Source: Sphagnum compactum (lineage: Eukaryota). Taken from it: a stretch of DNA of 64,000 bases. Shown piece by piece: positions 26,166-40,455 of the stretch. Within the stretch, counting starts at the first letter, position 1. The number at the start of each line of letters is the position of its first letter. The notes beneath the pieces were generated by a model. The model saw only the letters and a list, made by a program, of their open reading frames with translations, made no database searches and was not told the DNA's origin. The position numbers and the translations under genes are program-made. The DNA lies in contig OZ234493.1 in NCBI GenBank assembly GCA_965153455.1, forward strand, positions 3,658,001-3,722,000, given 5' to 3'.

Positions 26166-28898
26166 TCGTAGCGGCAAGGGAATTCACCCCCAAGCGCCGC
26201 GAATAATTAATTTCGAAAGTTTTGAGGTTTCGCTAAGGCAATTTCGAATTTAACAACATTTCGCGTCCGCCTTCCCAGACATAATTTCCATTTTCTCCCG
26301 TTGTGAAACAGTTTCTAGGTATGCACCGCGTTGTGGCTGGTAGGTACCGTACTGAATGCCATCCGATAATGAAAAGGCTCCGATAGACGGTGGAGATGAT
26401 GCCATTTTGGAGGGAAGCCCCTTCAAAGAGTGACTCAGTCCAAGGAACCAGTGACACAGGCTCTAAGTCTGAACATTGGGCCACTCTGGTCACTCCAGAG
26501 TTCAACTTCAAGCTCCTTTGGCATGGCTTGACCTCAGAGTCAGAGCAGAAGAGCTGTTGCAAGAAGAGGCATTAGGGCCGGGCGTTATGGCGTCAGGGGT
26601 GAGAATTGCCACGATCACCCGATTCTTTTCTGTGGATAAGAGGTCTGAAGAAGAAAAGGCTGCTGATAGAAAGTCTGCTCTAGCAAAGTGGCATGATGAG
26701 GAAAATGCTAGATTGGCTCGCAAGAAGGAGGCTGAAGCAGCTGCTGAAGCGAAAAGGCTTGCATCCAAAAGGCTTGTTGGCAGACCAAAGAAAGTCAGGC
26801 AGGCTCAGGCAGTTCTTGTAGGACAGGACGGAGAGGAAGGGAATCTAGAAGATGGGGGTGAGGAACCACCTGCCAAGAAGAAGAGGGGTCCCTACACCAA
26901 TTGGTTTGTGTCGGATCTTTGGAACTTCATCTTCGCTACAGTCAAGAAGCATCCTAGAAACCTCTATGATGCTCTCTTTTCCCTCCAACACAACAAAAAG
27001 CCAGGTTGATTAGGTAGCCCTTTTGACAAGCTAACCGTCCAAACGCTGAAAGGCTGGTTTGAGAAAAATGAGGAGGGGGTCTTTGTCCTGAAACGCAAGG
27101 TCGCAGACTGCATTGCACTGCAGAATGCGAGGAAAGCTAGCCACAAGCCTAGACCGACGGGGATTTTCACAGAGTTCCCTGAAACATTTGAGCTGGTCTG
27201 CAAGACGCTCAAGGGTGTGAGGGATGTTGGGCAGCCATTGGACGGTGGGATCATCCAGGGAATCATGCAGGGGTGCATCCAGCAGTCTGCCCCTGAGATG
27301 TTTCAGCGGACGGTGACGGGCAAGCGCGGGGAAGATGTCAAGTTCTCGGTGTCAAAGACCTTTGGGAAGGCCTTTGTCCGGAAGCACTTGGGGTGGACGT
27401 GGAGGCGGGTCACCATAGCAGCGAACAAGCTCCCGGAAGACTGGGAGAAGCAAGGTGATGAGACGGCGTACAGGGTTGTTGCCCTTTGCAAGTTGCACAA
27501 CATCCCCCCTGAGCTGGTTGTCAATTCTGATCAGACTGCCATCTACGTGCGGCCCGCAGCAGAGCAGACTTATGAAACCAAGGGAGTGAAGGCTGTTCGG
27601 AGTTTAGGAAAGGACGAGAAGAGGCAAATAACGGGGATGGTCAGCTCAGCTTCCAGTGGTAACATGCTTCCATTGCAGCTCATTTTCCAGGGGAAGACCA
27701 CAGCGGTGGTACTAAATCATGTTGAAGCCAGGGAAGCTGTCAGGAAAGGGTGGGGTTTGACCAACTCGGAGAATCACTGGTCAAATCAAACCACCATGAA
27801 GCGGTTTGTGGAGAAGGTCTTGAACCCGTGGCGCGTCGAGAAGTGCAAGGAGCTGGGGTTGGATTCTTCCAAGCAGAAGATGGTGTGGCTCATAGATTGC
27901 TGGAAAGTTCACACGTCGGAGGAGTTCCGAAACTGGCTTAAGGAAAACCACCCCCTCGTCCACTATCTTTATGTGGCTGCAAACTGCACAAGCAAGCTCC
28001 AGCCAGCGGATGTAGTGTTGCAGAGACCTTTCAAGCATGGTTTTCGTAAGCAGTTTGAGAAGTGGCAGAGTGAGTTGGTTGCTTCGTATCTTGCTGAAGG
28101 GGTAAGACCTGAGGATGTAGAGCTGCAAGTAGGAATCAAGAAGCTGCGCGAGTTACTTATTGGCTGGCTCCTATCGTCATGGGGCGAGCTTTGCGAGCAA
28201 GTGGAGATGATCCAGAAAGGCTGGGCCTTGTGCAGACTGGGCAACATTCTCATTCCCTGCTTCCAAGATGCAGCCATGGGGCAATGCCTGTAGAGGGGTC
28301 TGCTTGCGGAGCTGGAAAACCCTGGGGATGAACCTGAAGTCACCGAGGACGAGCTAGAGAGTGGGGCTTTTAGGAGCGCAGGCATCGAGGAAATTCTGTT
28401 GGTGGCATCGGTGCAGGATGTGATGAGTGCTTGCTTGGAGGAGGAGCACACGCTCGAAGTTTTCAAATCTTTGAGCCGGCAGGATGATGAGTTAGTGGCA
28501 GAGTTGGAAGAGCTAGAAAACCTGGCAGACCTTGATGACGTAGATGATATTTTCTTCTGACTTGCTATAAGCTGTACCTATTGATTCGAGTTACATGCTC
28601 AAGTCAATTACACTTCCTGATTGCTTGCATAATATGTGCTGTGTGATTCAATTAAGGTGATCAATATATCCAGGATGCTTCGGCTAGCAATGCATCGACT
28701 GATGATACAGCCATGGATCATGTCATTGTCATGATCTACATACCTACTTCCTTTCTAACACTATGGTCAATTTCTCCTGCGTCACAACAGATTTAATTTT
28801 TTCATTTCTCCATTTCTCCCTGCAGGCCCAATTTAGTTTCAAGTTTTTCTCCTTGGCCTGAAATAATTATTAAAAGATGAATTCCCTTGCCGCTACGG
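26166..28898 (+). mobile_element. Complete pogo-like (Tc1/mariner-related) DNA transposon
   Basis: 21-bp TIRs: TCGTAGCGGCAAGGGAATTCA (26166-26186) and TGAATTCCCTTGCCGCTACGG (28878-28898), with 1 terminal mismatch. TA TSD on both sides. Encloses a transposase gene. Confidence 0.93.
26587..28560 (+). pseudogene. DDE_1/pogo-like transposase (DD37D), intronless, two premature stops
   Basis: One frame from ATG 26587 to TGA 28560 with stops at 27007-27009 (TGA) and 28291-28293 (TAG). Motifs VNSDQT, PLQLIFQGKT, NHWSN, WLIDCWKVH, CTSKLQPADV; 37 residues between the 2nd and 3rd Asp; basic GRPKK and PAKKKR segments; acidic tail. Confidence 0.9.
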
Positions 28899-30965
28899 TA
28901 GAAGGTTCTCCAAGTGTGGGTTTGAGCCCCGTTCTTCCAATTTTTAAAATCTTTCAGTTTTGGGTTTGGCACATCTTTCTCAAATTCAAGAACTTTCAGC
29001 TTCGGTTCAAAAATCGAGTTCAAAAATTGAGTTTGATTCCATTTACACACTCCCCAATGCTGGCCATTGTACAGATACAAAGTTTGTCTCAAGAAATTAA
29101 AATATGAGTCTATATAGGTACGGAGTTCAACAATGATTTAAAATTAAATTTTAATTATGAAGCTCAAATCTACTAGTCAACTTTTTTTCAAATTCAACTT
29201 GCTTTCCTCAAGAGCTTGAACTTATCTTTTCAAGAGTGTTTCTTCATGGTTTTAGAAAAAGCAAAAGACTATTTCCAAGCTCTAATTTTTGTGTCGATTC
29301 CAACAAAGGTGTGTTCACTTGAGTCGAAGTCATAAGAATGTAAACCTAGACCCCCAATGTTTAACATTACAAACCAAATACTCACAACACTAATTTAAAC
29401 CAATATTGGGGATACTCATTTTGAAAAGTTCGAATTATTGATTCCAATTAATAAGAACCCAACCAAATGTTCAAAAATAGAATCAACATCAAAATTCAAC
29501 CAAAACCAAAAATACATGTCTATGAAAGTGATTAGAATTGGGGTTAAATGAAGATGAAGAGGAAGTTCACATCCATTATAGTCTAGGTTAGTAATAACTA
29601 GATTGGAACCAATTCTGCTTTTTGAAACTATAACAAAAGTTAGAATTTTTAATTTTTTTTTTGAAGAACCATCATATTTGGATTCTCAAATGTGTAGAAC
29701 TAGATACAAGATAGCTTTAATTTATTTAAAAAAACCAAAACTAGAGGCACTTATATATGCATGAAGTCCCAAACCACAATGGGAAGGCTAAAAAATTGGC
29801 TTAAGGAAGTTGATATGGGATCATCACAAACACATGTCTAAATTGAACTTGTGTTGATGCCCTGAATTATTCTATTTCTTTAGAATGTTTAAAATTTCTT
29901 TTTCTCACATACTATTCACAACCATAATATTTTTTGCAAATAAACCTTTGTCTTTTTAATACACTAGAAAATTATGTTCATTTCCACCATGGTTGATCTC
30001 AACAATCATATTTTATGTACACTAGTGATTTGTTTAACTTTCCATTTTGTTTAATTTCATATGATGTTTTTGCAACAACAAGTGACACAACACCCTAAAA
30101 TCATTCAAACCTTCTTTTCGGGGTGGGTAATCAACACTTGAAAAAACTTATTCCTTGCATTCACAAATTGTGGGAACATAATTGAATGGAGGGTTTCATG
30201 TGAAGCCAACTCATGGGGTTGTATTCAAAAGAAATGTTTAAAAAACATAGAAGCTTAAATTACTGTATATATATATACATTTTTATCAAACTTTGAATGT
30301 TTTTTTTGCAATGTCATTTAATATTCACATGAAGGTAGGTGGAAGGTATAGTGGTTCACAGATTAAACAATAAAGATATCATCTATATTCTCTATTTGTT
30401 AACTTTGACAAGGTCAAGGATTAACCAAATTAAAAACCTAAAGACACATGTGTGTATTTTTCCAAAATAAATGCATACCCTTTTGGAGGCCTTTATTTTA
30501 TGTTACAGTGAAAAACATCAACCTAGAAAACCTTAGTTTGAGTTAGATATGGATTTTATGAATTAAAAAACTTTCTTATTGTTTAAAATTCAAGAATTAG
30601 AATGATAGAAACAATATGATGCCAATATTTTAAAACTTATGTTGTATAAAGAAAACTTCATCATATTTCAATTCCTTATAGAACATATTAAGACTATTTA
30701 AGTCATTTCAAAGTCCATATACAAAAGTTGTTGCTAGTCAACAAGTCCAAACTTTCAAGTTACAAAATCCATAACAAGTTTTTCCTTAATGATTTATGCA
30801 AAATAATTTACAACTTCATTTATATAATTAACTTGACAACTTAAACCCAAGGCATTAAAATCACATTGAAATATATTTGCAAAACAATGAAGCTTGCAAT
30901 CACAACACCCTCGAAGAATTTCTTTGTGATAGAAAAAATGATGCTAGTATACCTTACAATGACCC

Positions 30966-31110
30966 ATGAAATTAGTAATTTTCGTATTGATGAGAGTTGC
31001 TATTGCTTTGGATTGTTTAGGTAATGGAAATTCTTTGCACATGATTGTTGAAATGTATAATGTAAATCAAAGTATAATTTCAAATATCATCAACATATTT
31101 GTATGGTTTA
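30966..31110 (+). pseudogene. PIF/Harbinger nuclease N-terminal (HTH) relic
   Basis: MRVAIALDCLGNGNSLHMIVEMYNVNQSIISNII resembles the Harbinger/HARBI1 pattern RVAIAL.RL.SG.S...IGE.FGV..STVS.IV. Confidence 0.55.
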
Positions 31111-31923
31111 ATGTAAAGTTTTTGTGGAATTACATTAAAGGTATATTAAAGGTGTGAAAAAATGATTTAAGATTTGTTTTTTCCTTATCAACAATTATGA
31201 TGCAATTAAGAAATATTGAATAATTATTTAACTAATACTAATTAATTCATAGTTGATAATTAGTAATTCATAGTTAATGTTTTTAAAATTCAGAATAGAA
31301 TATTAGTTAAATTTCAAAATATTAATATTGATTAATTATTCATTTAAGTAATTAATAACTAGTTTAAAAAAATTATTGAATTAATGATAATTATTTTTTA
31401 TTTATTCCATCATTAAAATTTAATACAAATTAATAATCTAGATTTAATTTTTATTCGGTTGAAATTTTAAAACTTAATCATCAATCAATTCTAAATATTT
31501 ATTACATATTTAATTATTGATAAAATAATAATTAAATAATAATAACTAGTTAATTAATCAATTAGTTACTTATTAATGATTTTTTTAATGAAATAATTAT
31601 CTATTTCATTTTAATATTTTTAAATTATTAAGTAACTATTAATTAACACTTGATCATTCATATTAATTAATTAACATCAATTATTGATCGATGTTTACTA
31701 TTGATTAATTAATTAGTTAATAATAATTTTTAATTAATATTTGATGCCATTACGATTTGTTACTATTAATAGATAAATAGGTAATAAGTGGATAAGTAGG
31801 TAGGTAATTAAACAAGTAGTAAATCAATAGGTTGTAGGTAGATAGGAAGTTAATGAATTAGTTAATTAATTAATGAATTAACTAGTTAATGAATGATTTA
31901 TTTACTTATGGAGTTGACACAAT

Positions 31924-32860
31924 CACTATGAGAAATTGTGTCCATCGAAATCACATTACCCTACAATTAAAACTCAAAAAACAACTCATACACAATTATT
32001 GTGCAACTATCCTTTTAGAAATATGGTGTATTAATAAATAAATTATCACACTAAAAAATTAATCAGTTGTATTATAATTGCAAATGAATTGAAAATGGGT
32101 CTTTTATATGATAATTTATACACATCATACATACATATGTAATCAACCATGTTTTACTTTTTAGTAGTTGCATGTGGCAACTACTTTAGATTTGTTGCAA
32201 ATGTGCATTAAAACACCAACTATGTTGTAACTAATGGATAATGTTCATACATGTGATCATGCCACATGTCCACTTTCCACCGCCCATTATGGGATAATTG
32301 CAACCAATTTCTTATTATAATTATCATTGATACAATTAGTACGGCCATTAATGTGCCAATACTAAAATATTATTGTTCAATTATGTTATGATTATAATAC
32401 TACTACTTATAATTTAATAAGGATACATATTCATTAGTTGTTTATATCTTCATCATCCATGTTTCATTTTGAATGATTTAATATGTTCTAGGAATGCTAC
32501 CTCAAGCTTTAAAAATTTATTTTTGAAATGCAAAGGAAAAGGAGTATTGAAAAAATAATAAGACAAATAAACTTTCCAACTTACAAAACATGTTTTTTTC
32601 TTTTATAAAATTCTTTAGACCCCTCCTAATCTCATAATATTGTTATTTTTTATTAGTTTTAAACGATTTAAAGTGTTATAGGAGGACCACTTAAAGTTCT
32701 ACAAATCATATTTGAACTTAAATAGCCTAGGCAAGTAGGTCCTATTTTTTTACCTACTTATGTAGGTAGATAGATAGATAGGTAGGTCCTAGGTAAATAC
32801 ATAAATATGTAAGTCTCAAAACCTACCAACCTATGGTTATGTACGACTTACCTAGCTACT

Positions 32861-32902
<42 letters not shown>

Positions 32903-33282
32903 GCCATGTGGCAATTTTTTTATTGTGCCATGTGTCACAATTTTGAACCATCATTAACAATCATAATGGACAATGGAGATCAATATTTTGAAAAATAAAT
33001 AATTTTTATGTCCAAAATTTTTCATAGTGCCATGTGTCATATTTCAATAGATGGATGACAATTAATGACATCAACATGACATCATAGGTGCAATTTTAAT
33101 AAATTTGCATAATAGTTCAAAATGAATTGTTTTGATAGAATTGTAATTGAATTGCAATGAGTTGCATTGTATATACAATGAGTTGCAATTTTGTAACTCA
33201 TACAACTTGTTCATTAGCATTCACGGCGTATAAATATAGTGAATTGCAAAGCCAATTGCAAAACACCATTTTTTTCATAGTG
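31924..33282. mobile_element. Non-autonomous CACTA element nested in an older repeat
   Basis: TIRs CACTATGAGAAA / TTTTTCATAGTG; perfect 3-bp TSD AAT (31921-31923 and 33283-33285); many AGTTGCA/TGCAACT subterminal motifs; internal (TA)n at ~32865-32898. Confidence 0.88.
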
Positions 33283-33285
33283 AAT

Positions 33286-34067
33286 TGAAAGGGAAACCAA
33301 ATTGTATGGGATAAAAAATTTAGTCACAACCTAGTTGCAAACTATTTATAACTAAATTGCAATTAGATTTTTTCTCCCATATCGTTTGGCTTCGCTTTCA
33401 AGTGTGTCAACTATATAAGTAGATGCATTGTAAATATTAAAATACACAAGATTTGCTAAATGGGATGAGCTAATTGAAGAAGCTTAACCTTAATTTGGTT
33501 AAATTCAAAACAAAATAAAACAAATTCAAAAATGTCCTAAGACTTATCTACCCACCTATTTCAACCTACTTACCTACCTCGGCCTATTTACCTACCTACC
33601 TACCTATTTACCTATTTATCTTTAACTTCCTTACCTACCCACCTATTTTTATTTTAAATGTTTCAAAAATCATAAATGTTGCCATTTGGCGCAAAATTAT
33701 TTGTCCATGTGTATGAATCAAATACCTTTAAAAAAATGGTTGAAATTAAAACAATTGGTAAAAAAGTTTATTTATTTAATATTCTTTGAATATGCCACAT
33801 GGCAACATGACATTGGTCATTATAAATTGGTCATTAGTCGCATGATAATCAAATAATAGTTGCATGTGTTGTATGGTCAACAAATGAAAAATACAGTCAA
33901 CTCAAATACATACTTCATCCATTGTCTACGTGATGACATCATCATTTGCAACTAATCTCTTATGCAACTTGTCCAACGCAATTACAAGTCATTTTAGTTA
34001 CAAATGCATATGCAACTAAAAATTAATTGTATGCTATAGTTGAAAATATGCAAATTTTCTTCTAGTG
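33286..34067. mobile_element. Right part of an older CACTA element (left end possibly 29962)
   Basis: Ends AAATTTTCTTCTAGTG (reverse complement CACTAGAAGAAAATTTGC) after dense TGCAACT motifs. A candidate partner CACTAGAAAATT lies at 29962 with flanks ATA/TTA; the pairing is uncertain. Confidence 0.55.
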
Positions 34068-37000
34068 TTAAAGGAAAATGGAGATTTCTTGTGAAAACAA
34101 TTAATTCATCATTGAAGTTTCTATTAAACTTAATCACATCATGTTTATTGTTTACATAACTTATGCATCATTGAAAAGGACTCAATTGTGATGCAATGGA
34201 TTAAAGAAGCTAGTAGAAAATGCAATGGATGCAAGATCAAGCATTTGGTGACCTTTGCATAACTAACGTATATCACATTGCTAAAGAATCCATTAAAATT
34301 AGTCATGAGATGATTCCAAAATCTTACCATCATACCAATATCTAATGTTTCATCTAAATTAGATGGAGTTTGAACATCTGAAAGGTTCAAAGACAAAGCT
34401 AACAAGGAATTGCTCAAAATAGGTACAATTTTTCATCTTCAAATGTTTGAACTTTATCAAATGCAAGCTTGAATTAAGACATGGAATCTTCAAGTGATGA
34501 GTTACAAATTTGATTATTAGTTTCATGGTAGACATTGAACACTTTGTACCTAGTCTACAAAGTGAAAAATAAAAAATATGATTATGCAATTTAAAGTTTG
34601 CCTATGACAGTTGTCATGTGCCCATTCATTAAATAATTATTGTACATAGAGCAAGCCAAATGTACCAATTTAACTTATATAAGTGTAAAGTATGTTGGGA
34701 AAACAAATGAAAGTTAGTCAAGAAAAAATAAACTAGTAGTTTTATCAATTGAAACATATAGACAATGCATATAGTTAGTAAAAAAGTTAAGCAAGTTGAT
34801 TTACTTAGGGCCTTTGATAAACAAACCAACCCATCAAACCAATTATGATAGTGGTTATAAGAATAGAAAGGTCGTTAGAAAGTTGGCAATTAGTTAGAGA
34901 ACGTAGATGGGTGTAGTCACACTAACATGTATCATTAGTAGTCGTAATCATTATTTAATTTTGTGTATTTTAAATTGTAAAAAGAGAAAAGAATTACAAG
35001 TGGATTTGATTTTGTACATGTTATTTTGATTATATTGATATACTTATCCATAAATTTAAAAGCAATCTAACAAATAAAAAATACACAAAACATTTTTTAT
35101 CATTTGTAACCAGTGCTTTTAAATAATAATCCAGCAATAACACACATAACACAAACTTTTGATTTTTTAAATTGAGATAATTTTGGAATTTTAAAAATAT
35201 AAACCTTGACATAATAATATTAACAAAAGTTTGGAGATTTTTTTTTAAAAAGTGATATATTGAAAATATTTGAAAAATGTTTTTGAAAAAAAAATGAAAA
35301 AATACAAGTTTAAGGGGCAAATGTGGTTCCTATTAATGTGGTTGGACCCATATAGTTAAAACTATTAGGTTCTTGGTATAAAAAGAAGGACAACACTAAG
35401 GAAGAGGTTTGCCATTTTAATTGGGGCATCCACTAATTTTGTATGGTATTCTTATGTAAATAAAAAATTGAGTTTGTACCCTTGTGTAAGGTGGTTGGTT
35501 TGTGGTATGTGTATGGTTGTTATGTGTGATGGATGTTAGAACATAGTGGGTATTAGGATGTTGTGAACTAAATATAAAAAGTCTATCAAGTGGGGGGAAA
35601 TGTTCAATTGCAGAAAATTCTGAAAAATGTTTTTGATTATAGTAGTAATGAGGATGAACACTTTGGGGGGAAATAATGGGAGTACATTTGGAAGAAGTTA
35701 TTAAGGGATGAAGGTTTTAAGAAAATAAAATAAAATTTTTGACTACTTATAGTACGTTATAAGGGTAAATGGCTTTGGCCATGAGGTATGTGGTATTTAC
35801 ATGGATAGATGGAGCAAGAACCTTGTAGTTTTATTGTTGAGATAAACAATCATAGAAGAATAAAACTAGCACCATTTAATTTCTCAAACAAAGTTGTTGT
35901 CTTTGTAAAGTTTTATATTAAAGTTAAATTATTCTTAATTATTATTTCAAACATGCCTTGCATTGCATGTTGTCTTGAAATGTTTTCTCCACTTTCTTTT
36001 CTAATGTGGGTAGTGCACAATCATTTAGTAGTTTGATTCCTTTGATCATTATGGTGGTTGTTTTTCAATTTCATCAAATTAATGTTTGAAACTTAATTTA
36101 TTTTTTTGAATTATCCTTTATGATGATTCCGCTTATGGGTAAAAAGTGGGCAAAAACATATTATCGAGTAAATAGGCTGGTGGATGAACATTTAAACAAG
36201 GTTGAATCCTCACATGTTGTTCCTTTGATTTTGAAGCTTGAAAAACATTTTAAACCTTACACCTAACACTTCAAACACTACAATAATCTTTCAATTCAAT
36301 GAAGGAATGGGTAAAATATGGGGTGTTTGGTGTAGGGGGGTTCAATGTTTGTGATGGGTGAATTAAAACACATTAGGATTTCAAGTTTAAGATCTTTGAT
36401 TGTTGCATTTTTGTCTCTACAATACAAAGAAAATTTGTAAAACATTAGTTGGTGCAGCCATTAGATTTGCCTCTATTATTCAAATTTTTTTTGTAAAGTC
36501 TTAGTTGGCGCACCCATCAGGTTTTAAATCATTCAAAATGGACTAAAAATGAAGAAGATATGAGGTTGGAACTAGAGAGGGTTTTAGAGCTATTTTTTCA
36601 AAAAAATTGAAGCAAACTATCAATCATCCTTTTCCTATGTTTGTTATGTTGTTGTTTTACTTCTAACGCTCAAAGAACATTTGTAGCCTTCCAATTTGTG
36701 CATCCAATGACATAAAAATCATTCAATTTCTAAGGAACTAATAAAATATTGAAAAATGTTCAGTGATAGGTATGTGTTCGATGATAGATGGTTCTACATT
36801 AATGGATTTTTAAAATGTCCCAAAGGCAAAAAAAAATTGGGTTGAACACATTATATTATATAAAACCCATATGCAAGTTGAAAACTTTAACAAATTGGAA
36901 TAAATAAATGAAACTAACTTCTTTATGCTTTTTATTTTCAAATGATTACACCAAAAAACATTAATTTTCAATGAAATATGAACTTTGCAATTTAAATAAT

Positions 37001-37879
37001 TCCATTGTAGGGTCAAAATCCATTAAAAATAAAGTTATGAACTCATAATTTATAATGGAATTGAGATTTTTGCATAATTTTGGAACATGCTAGTTTCAAA
37101 GGTTGTGACACTTAGGAATATTTTTTTTGAAAAATATGAAATATGTTATGAACTTCATAATTTGTTATTATGTGTAATAAAAGTTTTAAAAACTCAAAAT
37201 ACATCAATATCCAAACAACTATTTTTTATGATCAATACTAAATCAATAAAAATGCTCAAAAAAGTTGAAGTACAACACCATTAACTTGGACATGGAAAAA
37301 AATCAACTTTAACATCGTTTTCAAAATTATTCTATTTTTTTCAAAAAAATTCATTTAAAATTACATTTAAAAAAACTCTCAAAATAGACTTTACAATCAC
37401 AAATTTTTACACCCTACTATGCATTCACCCTTGTTCATGGCATCATACAACTTCCTTTTAGGTGACAATTATTTCTTAAAACCTCAAATTTTGCATTCTT
37501 TTCAACTTTGCAAGTTTTTAAATTTTCGTTTATAATGTCAAAGTGTATTTCTTTCAACATGCATATTAAGTTAATTCAGTGAAACCTAGGGTTACAACAA
37601 CAATACAAAAATTAATTTTGTGCTAAGGATTTGATACTTGTGCTTGCACACAATTTCAACACCATTAACAAACACTTATGGCTTGAAAAACTTCACCAAG
37701 CACAAAGTGAAGACTTGAAATCAAGGATATTAGAGAATGAAATATCACATGAATTAATAACATAATTGTAGTGAAATTAAAGATAATCCAATGCACTAAT
37801 TTTCAAGTCTCAGTTGAAACAAATTGAAAGGATTCAAAAAAAAAAATCAATGTTTAAATTATATCTAGAGTGTATTATT

Positions 37880-38452
37880 ACCTTGATGATGTTTTCATTT
37901 GGTGGTCTCATTGCAACACTTTTGAAGCGAATTGGGAATTTACAACATTTTGTGTGTGATTTTATGGTCTTAGTATAGTTCATATGATGGTTATTGTCTC
38001 TTGTGCATATTATTTGATGCTTTCATTTCACAATCTGGCTGCAATGCTTCTACAAGCAGATTATTAAACAATGTTTTATGCACGATTTCATGGTTTGAGT
38101 AAGTTCACGATGCTTTTCATTTCAGAGTCTCGTTGTGGCACTAAAGTTACAAGGAGATTATGAAATAAATTATGTTTTCTACACAATTTCGTGGTCTTGG
38201 TACAGTTCACATGGTTGTTTGTTCAAAGCATGTCTCCTTGATGATGCTTTCAATTTAAAGTCTCATTGCAACACTTTTGAAGTGGATTATGAAACAGTGT
38301 TATGTGCGCAATTTCATGGTCTGAGGATAGTTCACATGGCTATTGTATCCCATGCATATTACTTGAGGCTTTCAATTCAGATCAGAGTCTAGTTGCAAAG
38401 CTTTTGCAAGGAGATTATGAAATAGTCTTTTGTGCATGATTTCATGGTCTTG
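37880..38452. repeat. Degenerate ~95-130-bp tandem repeat (about 5 units)
   Basis: Recurring GATGCTTTCATTT..TCTCATTGCAACACTTTTGAAG..ATTATGAAAC..ATTTCATGGTCT..AGTTCAC blocks. Confidence 0.6.
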
Positions 38453-40455
38453 ACTTCACCTCGCACTACTTTTAGGTGAATTTTTCCACAAATTATATTG
38501 TCCTTGCATCCAGAAGAGGTTGTAAGGTACGTATATTGTCTTTGAAGTTCAAGCCTTGTTGCAGTTCCTCAATTTCTTTCCACAACTGATTGATGTAGCA
38601 TGTGGTATATGTAGTGCTTCAAGGTTTGGATAGATTTAAGCAGTAATCAAGTAGTAACCTAGTTTGTGAATTCTGCACTGATCAACACTAATGTTTCTGA
38701 AGAACTTGTTGCATCAGCAACTAGAAAGACGCAGCAAAATACCTATAGTATCTTCGGAGTTTGAACCTTGTTGGAGTTCCACAATTTCTTTCCACAACTG
38801 ACTGATGTAGCATGTGTTATAAGTAGTAGTGGTTCAAAGAGTGTGGAGGGACTATCCAAACTTGTTGAAGGATGTAAAGGAGCTATCTCAAGGGGAACTT
38901 TCACCATGAACATCAGTTATGGGAATTTGAGGCAGTCTGACTGTTAGTGAAATGCATGCATGATGATTAGCTGCATTTGAAGATTCCATTTTGTGTAGAC
39001 AAGGGAAGTGGATTTTGAACTTGGAACATCTTATACTGATATGAGTGAAGCTTTCTAGCAACAACTGATATGGTATAAGGGGATAATTGATGAATCTGCT
39101 GGGTGGGCAGAGCTTGTCAAAGAAGCTTCTTCATGCAGTGACTGTAACATCAGCTGCATGCTGCCTATTTCCATTTGCTTTACTGCATCTGGCTTTGGTA
39201 AGCCAATTTCTATCACTCTTCTTGACTTGCACTCTGACTTTATTGCCCATAGCTCTCTCATGATTCTTGGCTCTTGTTTGTTTCTAGCTTGTAAGTGACA
39301 AAATGGATGTCAATTGGATATGTACTGCACTGTGTATGAGGTCATCCAATTCAAATCTTGTTGGACCGACTGGTTGAGACGAATTGAGGGTAAATACATT
39401 TTTTTTCTTCAAAAGATCATTCTCTTAGAATCTCTCCATGTTATTTCTATCATTTCTCCAATTCCCTGGTCAGGTTCATGTTTTTGGTTGTTGTCCTCTT
39501 TATCATCTCCTTCTCTTTTATGTGTTGTTGAGCTAGCCAGCATCATGACCGAGTCTTCCCATTACTACCAGCATACATGTTGGTTAATGTATGGTATTGA
39601 TCTTCACGTACTGCCAAGTCTTATGAAGCTTGTGTGGATGTTATGTTCACCGGTCACTACCATACATGTTGTTGAAGGTCTCTGGAAATGCTTGTGGCTT
39701 TTGCTGTTGTTCAAATCACTCTCTCATTATCTCAGAGTCGTGTCTCTTCTTTTTCCTGTTTGCTGATATGCTGTTAGAACTTCAATCTTGATAACCTTAT
39801 TGTCAGTTCATCTCTCAATTCTATTCAGGTTGACTTAAATTGTAAGTATGGAGATGGTCTCAATGCTTACAGAGATATCTGTTGTGCCTTGTGACAGACA
39901 AATGGGGCAAACACACCCAGAGCAACATGGATCACCAGCATGGACATACATTAGCACTATTCTCTTTGGCATACATAATTCATTTGTTGAAGACAGGTAC
40001 TGCTGCTGATCTCTTTATCTGCTGATCTCTGATACTGAGTCTTATACAAGGGCAAGAGAAACAGACACAGAGCAGCAGGTGGGGCAAATATGCAACTGAG
40101 TGTCCCTGAAACTTCATCTTTCTATGTTTCTACAGGTCTATTCTGTGGACTCAAGCCTCTTTTTGTATGCAGATTTCAAAGTGACAACTGTGACATGCAG
40201 TTTGTCAAGGTTAAAGAGTCGTTAAATTGGTGAATGCCCCAATCTTCCATTCCAGTATGGTCTCAGTTGACCTCATCCTGATGAAGATTGAAGACCCTGT
40301 ATTTCTTTCAAAGCAGTGAAGTGGAGATGCAAACTGTTGCTCTTCCTCACTTATTGTTCTCTAAGAGTGGGAAATTAAAGTTTGGGACGTGCCCCTAGTT
40401 TGCACTACATAATTCACTGAGGTTGTTATGTTGATTAGTATTCTGTCTTAGCTTC

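Noticed and set aside
34145-34589. Possible hAT dimerisation-domain relic (RFWNHL..YAKVTKCLILHPL..ESFSMM) on the minus strand
   Set aside because: Too degenerate to support without a profile search.
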